The translations under genes were made by a program, and so were the position numbers. This document shows positions 1-9,596 of a DNA stretch of 64,000 nucleotides, piece by piece. The notes under the pieces are model-generated. The model had not been told where the DNA came from. It saw only the letters and a program-made list of their open reading frames with translations, and did not search any database. Position 1 is the first letter of the stretch; the number at the start of each line of letters is the position of its first letter. The stretch is from Azovibrio restrictus (GTDB lineage Bacteria; Bacteroidota; Bacteroidia; Chitinophagales; Chitinophagaceae), in the NCBI GenBank assembly GCA_029255605.1, contig JANLJF010000039.1, forward strand, positions 6,399 through 70,398, written 5' to 3'.

Positions 1-1
1 C

Positions 2-553
2 GGCATGCGCATATCTGTATACCAGGGCGAACGTGACCTGGTGCAAGACAACCGCAAGCTGGCAGAGTTTAACCTGAGCGGCATACCGGCTATGCCGGCA
101 GGATTGCCTAAAGTAGAAGTAAACTTCCTGATAGATGCCGATGGCATACTGAAAGTAACTGCTGCCGAACTGCGCAGCGGTGTAGCTACCAGTATAGATG
201 TGAAACCACAATACGGATTGACAGACGAAGAAGTAGAACGCATGTTGCTGGATTCGTTGACACATGCCAAAGAGGATATGCAAACCCGTGCGTTGGTAGA
301 AGCCAGCACTGAGGCGGAACAGATGATAGATACTACAGAGAAGTTTGTAGTAAAGCATCGAGAACTGCTGAGCGAAGCTGAATTGGCCACTACGCAAACA
401 CATGTGCAACAACTGCGCGATGCCATAGCTGCAAAAGATAAAAACCGTGTGCAAAAGGAAACAGAACTACTGAATGAAGTAACACGCCCGTTTGCAGAAC
501 GCGTAATGGATGCAGCGTTGAAAGATGCAATGAAAGGGAAGAAGATAGTGTAG
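2..553 (+). CDS. hscA: Hsp70-family chaperone, C-terminal part (HscA-like), 5' truncated by window edge
   Basis: Substrate-binding domain motifs VYQGER, GIPAMPAG.P.VEV.F.IDADGIL, YGLT.EEVE.ML..S; the C-terminal wording fits HscA better than DnaK. Confidence 0.7.
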   Translation, partial: GMRISVYQGERDLVQDNRKLAEFNLSGIPAMPAGLPKVEVNFLIDADGILKVTAAELRSGVATSIDVKPQYGLTDEEVERMLLDSLTHAKEDMQTRALVEASTEAEQMIDTTEKFVVKHRELLSEAELATTQTHVQQLRDAIAAKDKNRVQKETELLNEVTRPFAERVMDAALKDAMKGKKIV

Positions 554-571
554 TGGTTGATTGGTTTATCA

Positions 572-622
572 GTTGACTTGTTGATTAGGTATTCGTTACA
601 ACAAACTAATCAACAAGTCAAC
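572..622. repeat. 17-bp perfect inverted repeat between convergent genes (probable bidirectional terminator or REP-like element)
   Basis: gttgacttgttgattag (572-588) and ctaatcaacaagtcaac (606-622), embedded in TTGA/TCAA-periodic sequence. Confidence 0.7.
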
Positions 623-629
623 AAATCAA

Positions 630-1895
630 CTATTTCATGATAACCTGTACGGTATGCCTTGTTTTTTGTTCCAGCAATATGTAGCGGCTCTTAGTGAGGT
701 CGAACAATATTTCAGGCGTATAGTGACGGATGGTGAGCAAGCTCACATCATTATTGCTAAGCACATTATAATCTTTGCTTAAGGCCGTCATCAGCTTCTT
801 CACATTGTCTTCCTTATTATCGATACAGGCCACGAAACTGATGGCCGCATTTTGTATCAGGTTCACTTTAATATTCAGGTCATGCAGTTTGCTATACAGG
901 TCGCTGAGGTTATCCTGTGTAATGAAAGAAAAATCCTTTGATGTTACCTGCAGTAATACCTGGTCTTTCTTCAGCACAATAAGTGGTGGATAGAAGATGC
1001 TGTTCACATCATTCTGTATCACCGTACCCGGCAAATCCTTATCCAGGAAGCACTTTACATACAGTGGTATATTATTATTCTGCAGCGGCTTAATGGTTTT
1101 AGGGTGTATCACCTGCGCCCCATAGTAGGCCATCTCTATCACTTCATGATAGGTAATAGCTTCTATCTTCACCGTATTCGGAAACAGCTTGGGGTCTGCA
1201 TTTTGCAGTCCCTCCACGTCTTTCCATATCGTTACGCTTTCGGCACCCAACCAGGCCGCCAGCATAGCAGCCGTATAGTCGGAACCTTCGCGACCTAATG
1301 TTACCGAGGCATTATCGGTAGTAGCACCGATGAAACCTTGCGTGATAATGCTTGCGCCGGAGGCCAGTACGGGAGATAATATTTCTGCGGCTTTCGCCTT
1401 GGAGAATTCCCAATCTACCCGTGCATCGCGATAGGTATCATCTGTACGCACTACATCGCGGATATCTTTCCATTCAAAGTTCAAACCACTCTGCTGTAAA
1501 TAGAATGCAAAGATGCGGGTGGACAAAAGCTCGCCCATGCAAACGATCTGGTCGTATGAATAATCGTATTTATCAGCATCTGCATCATCTACCGCCCATT
1601 GCAGTTCCGTAAAAAATACATTCAGTGCTTTTTCTGCTTGCACATAGTAGCTATCATTCAACAAGGCACGCGTGTATGCCAGGTGTTGCTGCTCCAGCGT
1701 GTTTACCATTTCGTGCGCTTCCTGCTTCTTACCCTTACATGCTGCCGCCACTATTGCTTCCAGGGCATTGGTAGTTTTACCATACGCCGATACAACCATA
1801 ATAATCGGTTGTTTTGCATCCCGTATTATGGGCAATAACGCCATCATGCGTTCAGGGCTGGCTATAGACGCCCCACCGAATTTGTAAACCTGCAT
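630..1895 (-). CDS. lysC: Aspartate kinase
   Basis: N-terminal VYKFGGAS, VVSAYGKTTN, TLGREGSDYTAA, WKDVEG...ADP, ACT-like C-terminus. Confidence 0.93.
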   Translation of the reverse strand: MQVYKFGGASIASPERMMALLPIIRDAKQPIIMVVSAYGKTTNALEAIVAAACKGKKQEAHEMVNTLEQQHLAYTRALLNDSYYVQAEKALNVFFTELQWAVDDADADKYDYSYDQIVCMGELLSTRIFAFYLQQSGLNFEWKDIRDVVRTDDTYRDARVDWEFSKAKAAEILSPVLASGASIITQGFIGATTDNASVTLGREGSDYTAAMLAAWLGAESVTIWKDVEGLQNADPKLFPNTVKIEAITYHEVIEMAYYGAQVIHPKTIKPLQNNNIPLYVKCFLDKDLPGTVIQNDVNSIFYPPLIVLKKDQVLLQVTSKDFSFITQDNLSDLYSKLHDLNIKVNLIQNAAISFVACIDNKEDNVKKLMTALSKDYNVLSNNDVSLLTIRHYTPEILFDLTKSRYILLEQKTRHTVQVIMK

Positions 1896-1944
1896 TTTAT
1901 TAAAGTCAAAAATTAAAAATAAGAACCTAAAATTGATATACTTA

Positions 1945-3207
1945 TTAACTGAGTACCATTAGCTTTTGCAATGCACCTTCCAGCATGCCCAGCATTTCTG
2001 CTATCTCCTCTTTTTTACAAGTACCTATACTCAGCCTATACCATGGCGACTGCTTATTGGCACCAAATGCATAGAACGGCACGATAGCCAGCTTGGCTTC
2101 ATTCAAGAGATATTCCGTTACCTCTGCCTGATTGTCCAGTTGCTTACCATCTGCTTGCCAGCCGGCAAGGTCTATTTTAATGGTAAGATATATAGCAGCC
2201 TGTGGCGCTATGGCATCTACAGGATAGGCTTTTTCTTTCAGTGCAATGATACCATTGTAGATAGCCCATAGCCTTTCTTCCAGTTCTTTTTTGAATGAAG
2301 TAAGATAAGTGCTTACCGCATCTTTCTGCAGCAGGTATTGTGCAGTAGCTTTCTGTTCAGCCATAGGGCTCCAGGCACCTATATGGCTCAGCAGGGCTTT
2401 CATTTTAGCTATTACAGGTGCAGGGCCGAAAGACCAACCCACACGCACACCGGTGGCAGCAAATGCTTTTGAGATACCATCGATGAAGATGGTGTACTGC
2501 TTCATTTCTGGGCGAAGCGATACAGGGTTGTAATGTTCCGTTTCTCCATAGGTAAGTGTGAAATACATCTGGTCGAACATCACGTATAGTTTCTTTCCAT
2601 CGCCACGGCGCTTGTTTTCTTCCAGCACCAAGTCGCATATCTTTTCCAGTTCGGCTTTGGCCAGTGTAGTACCGGTAGGGTTTTGCGGGGTACACAGGCA
2701 TAGTAATGCTGCACCTGCTATATGCGGGGCTATATCTGCCGCTGTGGGCATAAAGTCATTCTCAGGTGTTGCCTCTATCACACAATGCTCGCCGCCATTC
2801 ATATGCGTGTAGTGATTGTTGTTCCATGATGGCACGGCGTATAGTACTTTATCGCCGGGATTCACTATGGTGCGGAACAGCGAATAGATAAGCGGGCGGC
2901 CACCGCCGGCTATCAACACTTCGTTGGCAGCATATTCAATGCCTTCACGGTCTTTGATAAATGAAGCAACTGCTTGCCTTAATTCGAGGATACCATCGCC
3001 GGGAGGATAATTGGTCAGTTTATTGCGATACGCATCTATGATGGCATCTTCCAGTTCTTGCGGAATGGGAAATATCTGCGGATCGAAGTCGCCGATGGTA
3101 TAGTTGTATATTTTCTCACCGCGATTGACACGCACGGCAATTTCATTACCCAGGCGCACTATTTCAGACCCGATCAGTGTTTCTGCAAGCTGGCTTAACT
3201 GGCTCAT
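1945..3207 (-). CDS. PLP-dependent aminotransferase class I/II (aspartate aminotransferase-like)
   Basis: CTPQNPTG, FDQMY, DGISKAFAATGVRVGW (PLP lysine motif), YRLS; directly upstream of lysC on the same strand. Confidence 0.88.
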   Translation of the reverse strand: MSQLSQLAETLIGSEIVRLGNEIAVRVNRGEKIYNYTIGDFDPQIFPIPQELEDAIIDAYRNKLTNYPPGDGILELRQAVASFIKDREGIEYAANEVLIAGGGRPLIYSLFRTIVNPGDKVLYAVPSWNNNHYTHMNGGEHCVIEATPENDFMPTAADIAPHIAGAALLCLCTPQNPTGTTLAKAELEKICDLVLEENKRRGDGKKLYVMFDQMYFTLTYGETEHYNPVSLRPEMKQYTIFIDGISKAFAATGVRVGWSFGPAPVIAKMKALLSHIGAWSPMAEQKATAQYLLQKDAVSTYLTSFKKELEERLWAIYNGIIALKEKAYPVDAIAPQAAIYLTIKIDLAGWQADGKQLDNQAEVTEYLLNEAKLAIVPFYAFGANKQSPWYRLSIGTCKKEEIAEMLGMLEGALQKLMVLS

Positions 3208-3239
3208 TTTCTCGTTTGTTATATTGTTTTAACCGTATT

Positions 3240-3271
3240 AAAAAAGGCTTACCCGGTGGAGGTAAGCCTTT
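3240..3271 (-). terminator. Intrinsic terminator of a putative attenuator leader
   Basis: Minus strand AAAGGCUUACC-uccaccg-GGUAAGCCUUU continuing into a U6 tract, about 35 nt before the aminotransferase ATG. Confidence 0.8.
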
Positions 3272-3314
3272 AGATTCAGTACTGTATGTTATACACATAA
3301 GAAGTCGTTGCGGC

Positions 3315-3365
3315 TTACCTGGTGGTAAAACGTTTATCGGCCTTCTTATACATCTTGTTATTCAT
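3315..3365 (-). CDS. Putative attenuator leader peptide MNNKMYKKADKRFTTR (16 aa)
   Basis: ATG at 3365, TAA at 3315-3317; 11 of 16 residues are Lys/Met/Thr/Asn/Asp; its 3' end overlaps a 9-nt segment complementary to the terminator 5' arm. Confidence 0.7.
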   Translation of the reverse strand: MNNKMYKKADKRFTTR

Positions 3366-3375
3366 AATCGTGGCG

Positions 3376-3383
3376 CAAAACTA
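3376..3383 (-). promoter_or_regulatory. Bacteroidetes sigma70 -7 element (TAnnTTTG) for the leader
   Basis: Minus strand TAGTTTTG about 10 nt upstream of the leader ATG; TTG-like -33 element about 21 nt further upstream. Confidence 0.65.
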
Positions 3384-3424
3384 AGGATATTTTTTTCTAA
3401 TAACCAAGAACCGGTACAAAAAAA

Positions 3425-5089
3425 CTACTCAAACAACTGCTCTTTGCTCTTCGGACGCAGTTCTGGCAACCATTTGAAGCGGCTTAGTTTCATACCGGGC
3501 AGGTCGGCCTTATTTAGCGGGGTCATCTTGCTTTTTACATCCTGCTCGTAAATGATGCGGTGTATAGACTGGTCTTTAAAATATACCTTCATACGCAGGC
3601 TGGTTACCTGGTTTACGCCCAGGTATGCGTCATGTTCATCTTTGGCATAATAGATGGTTTGGGCATCGGGTTTCACCAGCATGTAGTCTATGTTACCATC
3701 TTTAAAATAACCCGTGAGTGTTTTGCCTTGTACCTGGTCGAATAAGCCTGCCTTATCCGGGCCGCTTTGTGATGCCACAAAAGCATTGTTGGGTACGTAT
3801 ATCTTCTTGATCTTACTGCTATCTGTATAGAGCAATATGGTATCGCCTGTTATCTGGCTTTTGCGCGACCATACTATCGGGTCGTACATCATGCGCATAA
3901 CGGAGTCTTTCTGCGTATAGCTGATACTATCGCACTTGCCTTGCAGGGAATCGGAGAAAATGAGTACATGATGGTAGCCTATAAAGTACCTTGGCCTGCT
4001 GGAATCTGCTGCTATGGTATCAACTGCTACCTGTTCTGTTGTTATCTCCTTTTTGCCTTTTTTATTCTTCTTAGTAATAGTCTTTTTTATAGTTGCTGTA
4101 TCACCGGGGACCGGCACAGGTGCTGAATAAAAAGTATCCGCCCGGATGAACAGGCTATCTTTATCGTTTACCTGCTTTAATACCGGTTTTATGGTAGCCA
4201 GCATGGTTTTCTTCTTCTCATTGAAATCGGCATTGCCGCAATAGAGCGTAGTATGCTGTATGGTATCAATCGCTATCACATTGCCGGTTGCCTTACCAAT
4301 ACCGGTTTTACGGTTATGGTCTATTTTATCGGCTTCTACATATTGCTCCTTATTCAGTATAGAGGAGCGGCAGGTGAAATGTGCCAGTTCATTTTTAGTA
4401 TCGTAAGTGCCACAACTGGTGCGCAGTACAGAGCTATCGCTGGTAACTACTGATGGCGCATAGAAGGTAACAATCTTTGTTTCGGTATTGTAGCCCATGT
4501 CATCAGACACGATCTCGTATTGCGGATCTGTAACAATCACTTCGCCGGTGAAACGGGAATCTTTACTTTTAGTATCGTAAGTACCTGCGTTGCTCGATAA
4601 GGTGGTAGTGCTATCCTGCAGCGTGCCGCCTTGCGAGTACACGCCCACTTTTGTAGCGGTATTGTAAGTAAGCTCTTCCGACCATAAATGGCTTTTGCCA
4701 TCGGTGAGCATTACGTTACCCTTCATGAAAGCCAGCTTCTGGTTGCCTACATAACGCATATAGTCGCTTTGGCCTTCACTACCGGGTTGCAATACCCGCA
4801 CATTCCCAAAGGCTTCTACATTGTTCTTAGCCACATTCAGGTAGGCACTATCGCAAAACATGCTGGTTTCGCCTTGTACCAATGCCACATCGCCCAATAG
4901 CTTTGTAATATCCCCTGAGTCGGTTTGTACTACTTCCAGGGTACGCGCCCCTTTCAGGTTCACCGGCACTTTACTTGCAGTATCTGTTTTTTTTTGAGCA
5001 AATACGGTGACAGCGCCCATACATACACACAGCAGTATGAAATACCTGAGCGAACGGAAAGAAGATTGCGAAATGCTAAACACCTGCAA
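3425..5089 (-). CDS. OstA-like (LptA/LptD N-terminal beta-jellyroll) envelope protein
   Basis: Signal peptide, repeated beta-jellyroll segments (FCDSAY, GNV.., DSLQGKCDSI.Y), typical Bacteroidetes OstA_2 architecture. Confidence 0.75.
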   Translation of the reverse strand: MQVFSISQSSFRSLRYFILLCVCMGAVTVFAQKKTDTASKVPVNLKGARTLEVVQTDSGDITKLLGDVALVQGETSMFCDSAYLNVAKNNVEAFGNVRVLQPGSEGQSDYMRYVGNQKLAFMKGNVMLTDGKSHLWSEELTYNTATKVGVYSQGGTLQDSTTTLSSNAGTYDTKSKDSRFTGEVIVTDPQYEIVSDDMGYNTETKIVTFYAPSVVTSDSSVLRTSCGTYDTKNELAHFTCRSSILNKEQYVEADKIDHNRKTGIGKATGNVIAIDTIQHTTLYCGNADFNEKKKTMLATIKPVLKQVNDKDSLFIRADTFYSAPVPVPGDTATIKKTITKKNKKGKKEITTEQVAVDTIAADSSRPRYFIGYHHVLIFSDSLQGKCDSISYTQKDSVMRMMYDPIVWSRKSQITGDTILLYTDSSKIKKIYVPNNAFVASQSGPDKAGLFDQVQGKTLTGYFKDGNIDYMLVKPDAQTIYYAKDEHDAYLGVNQVTSLRMKVYFKDQSIHRIIYEQDVKSKMTPLNKADLPGMKLSRFKWLPELRPKSKEQLFE

Positions 5090-5092
5090 AGG

Positions 5093-6040
5093 TTAGTTCT
5101 TGTTTTTCCTGCCAAAGATAGTAACGTTAATGTAACGCGATGGGTGCGCATTGATGTCTGCCATCAATGCATTGAGCGTTTTTAACGTTTCTGAAAGGTT
5201 ATTGTAGAGTTGCTTATCGTTTACCATCATACCCAGTGAGCCCTCATTATTGTTCACCTTGCTGATGACGCCCTGCAATTGCGATATAGTAGACTGCAGG
5301 TCTTTCACCGTCTGATCGATAGGTGCGGAAGCCAGTTGGTTACTGATGTCTTCTGCATTGTGAATGATATTAGTGATCTGTTGATTGTTATTGGCCAGGT
5401 TGCCGGTAATGCTATTGGCATTGCGGATGATAGATGCCAACTGCGTGCTCTCTTTGTTCAGTTTATCAGATAGCTCAGCGAAGTTTTTCATCGTCACATC
5501 CAGCGATGCAACACTGTTATTGAGCCTGCGCTGTGTTTCGTCATTCAGCACATTATTAACGCCCAGCAACACAGTATCCAGCGTACCTACCACATGCCTG
5601 ATATCCTGTATCAGCGGAGATATTTCAACAGACAGGTTATCTATAATACCGCCTTCCACACTGGCCGGCAATACACTTTCTGCCGGAAGCGTTTCAGTGC
5701 CGGAAGCCAGGTCTAACCTTAATACTTTAGTACCTAACAAGTCTGCAGAAGCCAACTTTACGGATGTGCCTTTCGTTACTACGATATCATCCTTCACGGC
5801 TATGGTCACTTTTACTTTGCCACCGCCATTTAGTTCTATTTTTGCTACCCGGCCAATGCCCATACCCTTTACCTGCACGGCAGATGATGCCTGCAGGCCC
5901 TGCACATCATCAAAATAGGCCAGGTATTCTTTCTCGCCCGAGAATAGGTTGGCACCTTTCAGGAAATAAAAGCCCGCAAAAAATATCAACAATGCTACTG
6001 CTACTAATAATCCTATCCTTGCTTCCTTTGAAAATGTCAT
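5093..6040 (-). CDS. mlaD: MlaD/MCE family protein
   Basis: N-terminal TM helix, MCE domain (FDDVQGL..SSAVQVKGM.IGRV), coiled coil, GSLG.MVND..LY..L, C-terminal P.RYINVTIFG. Confidence 0.85.
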   Translation of the reverse strand: MTFSKEARIGLLVAVALLIFFAGFYFLKGANLFSGEKEYLAYFDDVQGLQASSAVQVKGMGIGRVAKIELNGGGKVKVTIAVKDDIVVTKGTSVKLASADLLGTKVLRLDLASGTETLPAESVLPASVEGGIIDNLSVEISPLIQDIRHVVGTLDTVLLGVNNVLNDETQRRLNNSVASLDVTMKNFAELSDKLNKESTQLASIIRNANSITGNLANNNQQITNIIHNAEDISNQLASAPIDQTVKDLQSTISQLQGVISKVNNNEGSLGMMVNDKQLYNNLSETLKTLNALMADINAHPSRYINVTIFGRKNKN

Positions 6041-6120
6041 ACAGATATGGTGTCAGTGATACCTAATTCGGGCAAAAATAATGTAAAAAGCCCTTGTTAT
6101 ACGTTTTTCTATAGTTTTCA

Positions 6121-6151
6121 AAAGAAAGCCCCTTTGCAGGGGCTGTTCTTT
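6121..6151. terminator. Hairpin terminator
   Basis: agcccct-ttgc-aggggct with A/T-rich flanks at the 3' end of the upstream minus-strand gene. Confidence 0.6.
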
Positions 6152-6165
6152 ATATATCATAACTA

Positions 6166-9100
6166 TTAAAAATCTGTGCCAATGGAGAAGTAGATAATCG
6201 GTTCCTTCTTCTGGTCTTCAATATTCCAGGCTGCATCTACCCGCAGGAAGTAACCGAATATCATGGTGCGCAAACCTGCACCGTAACCAACGCCTACACC
6301 ACCGCTATCATCGGTTATCTGCAGGATAACCTGCGGATCGCTGGATGGGTTGTTGGGGTCAGGCAGTATCCTGTCGTTGCGCAACCTGTCGGCATTCGGC
6401 AAAAAGCCGGCCCAGGCAGAACCTACATCGGCAAACGCTACCAGTTGCATATTCTTGATGATAGACGACTGGATAGGACGCTTCATAAATGTGCTGAAGA
6501 TAGGCAAGCGGAACTCTGTATTTGCCAATGCATAAGTATTACCATTGCGGGAGTTTTGCTTGTAACCGCGCAGGTTGGTAGCCAGTGCTTCAAATGCATA
6601 GTTCTGAACGGGCCTCAGCGGTACGTAATCGCTATATTTGTTATTTATCCAGTTGTCTACACCACCTATGTGATACAGTATCTTCATATCGCCGCCCGAT
6701 GTAGCACCTGCCAACCTTAAAGCCCAAATGAAGTTCTTGTATATTTTCTGATAGTAACGGAAGTCGGCACCTATATTATAAAAACCACCCGTATTACCAT
6801 TTACACGGTACATATATTCTGCAAAGAATTTATAACGGAAGCCGTTATAGATGTTCAGCGTGGGCCTGATGGTGTTATCGAATACATATTCGGCACGGCT
6901 CATCACCCAATATTGTCTTTTATCATTGGGCTCGTAGCTAAGGCTGAGTGTATCCAGGGCTTTAAAGTTCAGGTCGTCTGAACGGAGGCCCAGGTGCAAC
7001 TTCACGCTACGGATACGATCGAAAGGATAGCTTACAGAACCCTGCAGGATATTGGTAACCGTTTTGCCCAGCTGCTCATTTACCAGTATGGGTGCGCCGG
7101 ATGTATCTACATAGCCAACATTGTAAGTATTTGTAGATTCAGACCTCAGGTACAATACCCCCCAGTCAACACGCTTTTTAAAGTTTTCGTATTGCATGAA
7201 GTAGGTCTTGCCTGTAAAGTTGATGGGTAAGCGGAGACCACCTGTAAAACGATAGTTTTCCATCAGGTCGTTGATACTAACCGTAAGCATACCACCCAGA
7301 GAAGGATTGATAAAGCGGCCACCGGTTTGCGCTACCGACTGGTATTTATTGAAGAGGACGCTGTTATCCAGTTTTATGCTAAAGAAGTCGGGCTTCAATG
7401 AAAGGCGGTATGGTTGCGCTTTCATTTTCAGGTATTCGCTATCTGCAGCCTGTTTTACGTTAATCTCGGCATTTACTTCGTTTGCCATTGCCGTATTGGC
7501 ATCTGTTACTGTAGCCGCAGCAGTGCCGTCGTCTTTAAATTCGGATTGGAAAGCATTGCCGCTCTTCATCACCGGCTCTCTTTTGTGCATCGCCTCATTG
7601 CTAAGCTCTGATACAGGTGCCGGCTTTTGCAGATCTGTTTTCAACAGCTCTGTAGGCTGAGGGTCTTTTATTATTACATTTTTACCGGGCACCAGTTGCG
7701 GCTTGAAGTAAACGGTGTACTTATCACCTACCTGCAATACATCTGCCACTACATTACCTGCAGGGTTGTACTGATGGCCCACGATATTGCGCGCATGATT
7801 GGTAACAGGTACGCCATATGCAGAGTCGGTATTGTTAGCGCCGCGTGTCATCAGCACCAGGTATTGGTTCTGTATGCCATTCACATCGTACAGGTATGCA
7901 TAGTTATCGCTACCATATTGTATAGGTTGCGATACATTGCCTGTAGTAACACGCGACATTTGCAGCAGTTCTTTGCGCTTGGTACGTGTGTTGTAGAAAA
8001 ACACATTCATCGGGCCATTCGGCAATTCGTTTACGCCTAATGGCACTTCCAGGTTTGCTTTAGGGCGGTTTGACAAGAAGAGGATACCCCTGCGGGAACC
8101 ACCACTTACAAAGCAAGGCTGTACATCATCCCATGCATCGTTGGTAATGTTCTTCATACGTGAGCCACGGATGGTAAACTCATACAGGTCGGTCTGGCTT
8201 TTCTTGATTGCGGAGAATACCAACTTATCATCATCTTCATTAAAGGTCATGCTCAATACCCTATCGAAACGGCCGGGGGGTATGGAATAGTTCTCTATCT
8301 GCGCCTTGTAAGAGTTGAAGATGCGCAGTTGTGTTTTAGTACCCTTTTTGTAAAGTATGGCCAGTTTATAGCCGTTGTTCGACCATGCGATTATCGGGTA
8401 ATCCGGGTCAGGTTGTTCATTATAATCCAGCCTGCCGCCTTCCAGTATTACTGAGGCTACACGGTCGCCACTTGCCTTTTGTATGTATACTTTAAATTCA
8501 CCGTTCTTCCATGTCACATAAGCCACATCGGTACCTTTGGGTGCCACACGTATGTTTCGCAACGTAGTGCCATCCTTAGGTATTTTTATATCCAGCACAG
8601 CCATGTTTGAATCCGGCTTTTCCTGTACCAGCTCATCTTTGGCATACATACCCTTGTAGTATGCAATAGCGGAGTCGTAAGCCTGCTTAATGTTCTGCCC
8701 CAACGACATTTTAATGCCCTGGTTCAGGTTGCTCTTCATCTGCATGGTATACAACACTGTTTTCATGTTGTTATCGCCATACCTGTCTGATATATATTTC
8801 CAGAAGGCCTTACCTGCCAGCTCCGGTTGCTCTTCAGCCAGTTCAAAGAAGCCAGCTTTAGGTTTAGCCTCCAGCATGTTTTTCCAATCGCTGTTGCTTT
8901 TGGCATCCCAGCCATCTACCAGGTAGGCTATGTAGCCGTACACTGTCCATGTAGGCAGGTTCATAAGTACGGCATTGCGTACCATTTCCCTGAAGTTTTC
9001 GCCAAACAGCATACGCTCCATTACCACGCGCGACATGCCGGCACGCGTTTGCCTGCGCAGGTCTTCATGCTCACCGGTGAAGTAAACGACCAGTTTATCC

Positions 9101-9492
9101 CCCACAATATCTACCGTACCGGCGGGTATATCCTGCAGTTGCGAATCGAAGCGGCGGCCAATGTTGGTTTGGCGATATTCATCATACGTATTGTAAACAA
9201 CTATTTTGAAACGACGTGGAAACTGGCCACCCATTTTTCTTTCTACCAGGCGTATATCATTTTCCACCTGTTCGGCTACATAGCGCGCCAGGCCGCGGCC
9301 GGCCGCATCGTAGTGATAAATACGGAAGTGCTTGGTATCAAAGAACTTCCAGTCGAACTTGCGGTATTGGATACGGTTCTGCCCGAATATTTCCAGGTTT
9401 GACTGTGCATTTGCAGCAGGCGATATGGCACATAGTGACAGTGCGCTAGCTACACTAAGCATGGCAGCCCGGTATCGAGGGTGTATGTTCAT
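6166..9492 (-). CDS. Large outer-membrane protein: N-terminal domain + PD40/TolB-like beta-propeller + Omp85/BamA-like C-terminal barrel
   Basis: Signal peptide, FGQNRIQY motif, propeller repeats (FSAIKKSQTDLY), C-terminal FADVGSAW...GFGAG-like...RVD.AW...FSIGTDF barrel end. Confidence 0.7.
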   Translation of the reverse strand: MNIHPRYRAAMLSVASALSLCAISPAANAQSNLEIFGQNRIQYRKFDWKFFDTKHFRIYHYDAAGRGLARYVAEQVENDIRLVERKMGGQFPRRFKIVVYNTYDEYRQTNIGRRFDSQLQDIPAGTVDIVGDKLVVYFTGEHEDLRRQTRAGMSRVVMERMLFGENFREMVRNAVLMNLPTWTVYGYIAYLVDGWDAKSNSDWKNMLEAKPKAGFFELAEEQPELAGKAFWKYISDRYGDNNMKTVLYTMQMKSNLNQGIKMSLGQNIKQAYDSAIAYYKGMYAKDELVQEKPDSNMAVLDIKIPKDGTTLRNIRVAPKGTDVAYVTWKNGEFKVYIQKASGDRVASVILEGGRLDYNEQPDPDYPIIAWSNNGYKLAILYKKGTKTQLRIFNSYKAQIENYSIPPGRFDRVLSMTFNEDDDKLVFSAIKKSQTDLYEFTIRGSRMKNITNDAWDDVQPCFVSGGSRRGILFLSNRPKANLEVPLGVNELPNGPMNVFFYNTRTKRKELLQMSRVTTGNVSQPIQYGSDNYAYLYDVNGIQNQYLVLMTRGANNTDSAYGVPVTNHARNIVGHQYNPAGNVVADVLQVGDKYTVYFKPQLVPGKNVIIKDPQPTELLKTDLQKPAPVSELSNEAMHKREPVMKSGNAFQSEFKDDGTAAATVTDANTAMANEVNAEINVKQAADSEYLKMKAQPYRLSLKPDFFSIKLDNSVLFNKYQSVAQTGGRFINPSLGGMLTVSINDLMENYRFTGGLRLPINFTGKTYFMQYENFKKRVDWGVLYLRSESTNTYNVGYVDTSGAPILVNEQLGKTVTNILQGSVSYPFDRIRSVKLHLGLRSDDLNFKALDTLSLSYEPNDKRQYWVMSRAEYVFDNTIRPTLNIYNGFRYKFFAEYMYRVNGNTGGFYNIGADFRYYQKIYKNFIWALRLAGATSGGDMKILYHIGGVDNWINNKYSDYVPLRPVQNYAFEALATNLRGYKQNSRNGNTYALANTEFRLPIFSTFMKRPIQSSIIKNMQLVAFADVGSAWAGFLPNADRLRNDRILPDPNNPSSDPQVILQITDDSGGVGVGYGAGLRTMIFGYFLRVDAAWNIEDQKKEPIIYFSIGTDF

Positions 9493-9559
9493 AAACGAAT
9501 ACTGTTATGATATTGTGGTTGACTTAGAATTAGGTGTTACAATATACTACCTTAAATAA

Positions 9560-9567
9560 TAAGTTTG
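9560..9567 (+). promoter_or_regulatory. Bacteroidetes -7 promoter element
   Basis: TAAGTTTG about 30 nt upstream of the MBL hydrolase start. Confidence 0.5.
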
Positions 9568-9596
9568 CATTCTAAATTAATGAAAATATACGACCA

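Noticed and set aside
1896-1944. Lysine riboswitch upstream of lysC
   Set aside because: Only 49 AT-rich nt separate the genes, too short for the aptamer; regulation appears to sit in the leader at 3240-3383
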